DNA of 39,668 nucleotides from Rotaria socialis (lineage: Eukaryota). Below, piece after piece: positions 36,701 through 39,668 of the stretch. Position 1 is the stretch's first letter. Each line of letters opens with the position of its first letter. The DNA lies in contig CAJNYD010000262.1 of NCBI GenBank assembly GCA_905331295.1, positions 1 to 39,668 on the forward strand, given 5' to 3'. The position numbers and the translations under genes are program-made. The notes under the pieces are model-generated. The model worked only from the letters and a program-made list of their open reading frames with translations. It was not told where the DNA came from and made no database searches.

Positions 36701-37804
36701 TATCGACTGAGAGTTATGATGGCAATTATTAGTTGTTTTCATTTTTCCTAGAGTTAGAGCGACGTTCGTAATTCATGATGTTATTAATCGATTTTGTACA
36801 ATAAATGTGAGCAATTCATATCGATCAGTAAGGCAGCAAACAAAAATAAAACTAATCAAACATACTAAATTAAAAAATCTTAAAATTTTAACCTCATCTC
36901 GTTTTTTCTTTACTGGCAATCATAGATCTATAGTAATCCTTTATACAAGACCACGATGATATTTTAAAATATTAAATACTCTGATTTCATTTTATAGATC
37001 ATACATTGATCAAGCAAGTGGAATAAAAGTACTTGATAATTTTGTTGATAAACTTGATAATGAAACTAATGAATTAAAACTATTAGCTAAAGAAACAAAT
37101 CGTCGTATGGATGAACTTAAAACAGCTGTTATTCAAGTAAAATACTCTCTCTCTCTCTCTCTCTCCTTTTTTTTATATCCCATGAATTTATATTTGTCTC
37201 TAAACACTTTCTAGACATCAGATTTGCTAGATAAATCTGAACGAAACTTAAATGCAACACGTATACGTTTATTACAATTACAAGGAGCTGAACAAACACT
37301 AAATTCGAGTATACGCAATTCTATTGAAGTTATTGCTATTGAAACCGAACGAAATATGAATGAATTCCTGCCGAAATATTTAGACGATCTGACACAGGTT
37401 TTTATTTTAATTGAAACTAGTACATCAGATGTTTTTCATTTATATAGGATTTAACTATGCTCAATGTCTATTTTATAAATTACACACGTGATAAACAAGA
37501 TTTACCAGCAGAGACACGTTCAACTGCTGTTCGAGTACGAACATTAAATACAAATATGAAAGTATTACAACATAAAATTGCACAATATAGTTTCAAACTA
37601 AATAGTAATATTTTAATTTACAAGCACAAAAATAAAGCGAATGAAATTATTTATTTAGATGCCTTAAAAACTTTTGAAACAAGTCGTCAAACAATGCCCA
37701 ATGTTCAACGCCTTGAACAACTACGTGATACAGCACGTAATACACGTGACTTAATTAAACAGCGAGCTACTCATTATATTGATTGCTATCGAGTAGAACG
37801 ATAA
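30752..37804 (+). CDS. LanB1: Laminin subunit beta (LanB1/LAMB1-like), 1842 aa, 17 exons
   Basis: Exons 30752-30839, 30902-31536, 31591-31869, 31929-32238, 32287-32466, 32524-32630, 32687-32908, 32957-33112, 33202-33319, 33395-33522, 33586-33769, 33846-34292, 34353-35755, 35812-36404, 36998-37136, 37215-37397 and 37448-37804 (5529 nt, in phase). Hydrophobic leader; LN domain ([37 protein letters not shown]); LE repeats; IV-B domain (SWTG); 8 further LE repeats; coiled coil interrupted by a Cys-rich beta knob (CSICGGEGC); terminal Cys. Confidence 0.96.
37144..37165. repeat. (CT)n microsatellite in laminin intron 15
   Basis: Uninterrupted CT dinucleotide run. Confidence 0.9.
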
Positions 37805-37940
37805 ACTATCTACTTATTGCTTGTGTTTCCTTTTTCGTTCTTTTTTTTTTACTTTTTTCTAAAGTAAACTGTCAACCATTGTTAACCATAAATTAGGTTT
37901 TTCTGTAAATAAAAATTTTGATGATTCGAACATTCTATAA

Positions 37941-38141
37941 TAGAGTCCTGCATCGGATCGGGTTTTCAAACCTGATACAGCCGCCACTAATAGTAGCGAC
38001 TACAAAGATCACCATCCATTCTTTCATCAATGTGCGCGTCTGTCACGCACACCAAACCAAACGTGAATGGTAGTCTTTACAGTCGTTATGAGTAGTGACG
38101 AATGCGTCGGGTTTGAAAATCCGACCCGATTCATGACTCTA
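37941..38141. mobile_element. hAT-like MITE (201 bp, ~80-bp imperfect terminal inverted repeats)
   Basis: Left TAGAGTCCTGCATCGGATCGGGTTTTCAAACCTGA matches the reverse complement of the right end, TAGAGTCATGAATCGGGTCGGATTTTCAAACCCGA. The flanking 8-mers TTCTATAA and TTTTATAG (6/8) fit a decayed 8-bp TSD. Confidence 0.8.
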
Positions 38142-39551
38142 TTTTATAGAGAAAGAAAACACACACTCAGCCAAACACTATTGAACAGTAGTTAACTAGT
38201 GTACAAAAAAAAGAAGTTAAAAATATCGGGAAAATAGATTGAACATTTTCGTAAATTTATTCGAAAAGCATAGACATGAAATGAAAGAATTGCAAAGAAT
38301 ATTAAATAGACTTACGCTCTTCAATACGTTGCATAAATGGTCAAGAATTGAAACGATTAACTATTTTTACGAATGAATCCTAAAAAGACAGATAGAAAAT
38401 TTCGAGATCGAAAAAAAGCAGTGAAACTACTTCTGTAGATCGATCATGTCAATTAAAATAGAGCAAGCTAATATTTAACATGAAACAACGGTATGCTACT
38501 AAAACTCAAAATATATGTTCGTATTATCACCTCGCGATGATATGTTGAATAATGCTTGAGTGATGAATCACAACAAACACCCATCGAGGTAGGTAGAAGA
38601 AATTATCTGAAAACCGAAGGTCCGAAGATATTCGAAAAGAATCAACCATGTTTAGAAATGCTTGAAATTAACCGCATCGTATTGTTTTTAATAATTGTCT
38701 TTGCATCTTAGGAAATATGTGGGTAGTCACCGATAGTTGGATAGTTTCCAAACATCGAGCCAGAATTTGGTTTCGTTGTAATGGCTGTTCATTTAAATGT
38801 CCATTTAGTCTTCAACCGAATTATTTTAACTACTTATAGAGTAATTCATCAGAAGTAAATTTTTCTCTTTTTCGAAGAAACTCTCAACTGATCAATCATT
38901 TTTTAGTTTTGACTCTGCACATAACGTAGATCCCAGCTCTTTTAGGCCTGGTGTTTAAAGTTATAGCGGTTTTAGCGAATGGCATGCATACCAATGAATT
39001 GAAGAACGATATTTCTATCTGAGATTTTGCTCACAGATACATATATTTAAGAGAAGAATATTTCTAGAATTTCAACTCAAAGCAATATTTATTTCACTAT
39101 TCAAAAAACGAAATTTTAGTATCTTTCGTGGGATACGAATGACTTTTGGATTTGGAATTTTCTTTCGACCTGAAATTTTCAATGTATTGTAATTACAAAT
39201 AATCGTGCCTGGAGATAAAATTTCAGATCGAAATAGCTTCAATCTATTCATTAGCATATCCTATGCTAAAATGCTTTAATTCCGATAAAATGATTATTGC
39301 TGTGAATAGAAGGTCTAATGTGATTTGTCATAAATCACCGAGTTCTACCAGATACGTAATGCAAAATCAATAGTGATCGATCAGTTGGCACATTCCCTTG
39401 TCGATATTTACGTTGATTGAACCCGGGTGCTAATTTCTTTCGTTCTTGTCTTGGTTTTCCATACCCCGTCAGTGAAATCCTTAAAAGAGAAACTTATACT
39501 ACAAACGATATAATTTTTTTCTTTTTCTTTCAACTTCTTTTAACAGTCAAA

Positions 39552-39608
39552 CCAAGGGGGAAAAACTGATTTCTGATACTAGAAATCACTGGAAATCACT
39601 AGAAATCA
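39552..39608. repeat. Three tandem 10-mers ACTRGAAATC, probably a truncated MITE end
   Basis: ACTAGAAATC-ACTGGAAATC-ACTAGAAATC at 39578-39607, preceded by an inverted TGATTTCT and CCAAGGGGGAAAAA. Confidence 0.5.
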
Positions 39609-39668
39609 AGAATGACAAACTAAAGTTCGCGCTAGACAAACTTCAAGTGAAATTATGAATTTTCGTCT

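Overview
AT-rich eukaryotic (metazoan) genomic DNA with many short (~50-70 nt) GT-AG introns. A bdelloid rotifer is the most likely source; this is an inference from intron size, base composition and TGTGGG-type repeats. The first ~7.2 kb is a nested stack of mobile DNA: a repeat-rich element end, a decayed and internally deleted Helitron/Helentron PIF1-helicase ORF, Helentron-like termini with asymmetric inverted repeats, a TA-flanked MITE, and a spliceable, stop-free 224-aa SWIM zinc-finger gene. That gene looks like a transposase lacking its DDE core, and GC-rich tandem repeats lie upstream of it. The rest is ordinary gene-dense chromosome: MAP2K4/MKK4 (-, 9 coding exons, start codon split by an intron), DCUN1D3-like (-), MRPL12 (+), a divergent TMC channel (+), Erv1/GFER (+), ninjurin (-) and laminin beta (+, 17 exons, 1842 aa), followed by a hAT-like MITE. 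I found no rRNA, tRNA, CRISPR array or clearly foreign (HGT) gene. All exon coordinates and translations were derived by hand from the sequence; family assignments are motif recognition, not database searches.
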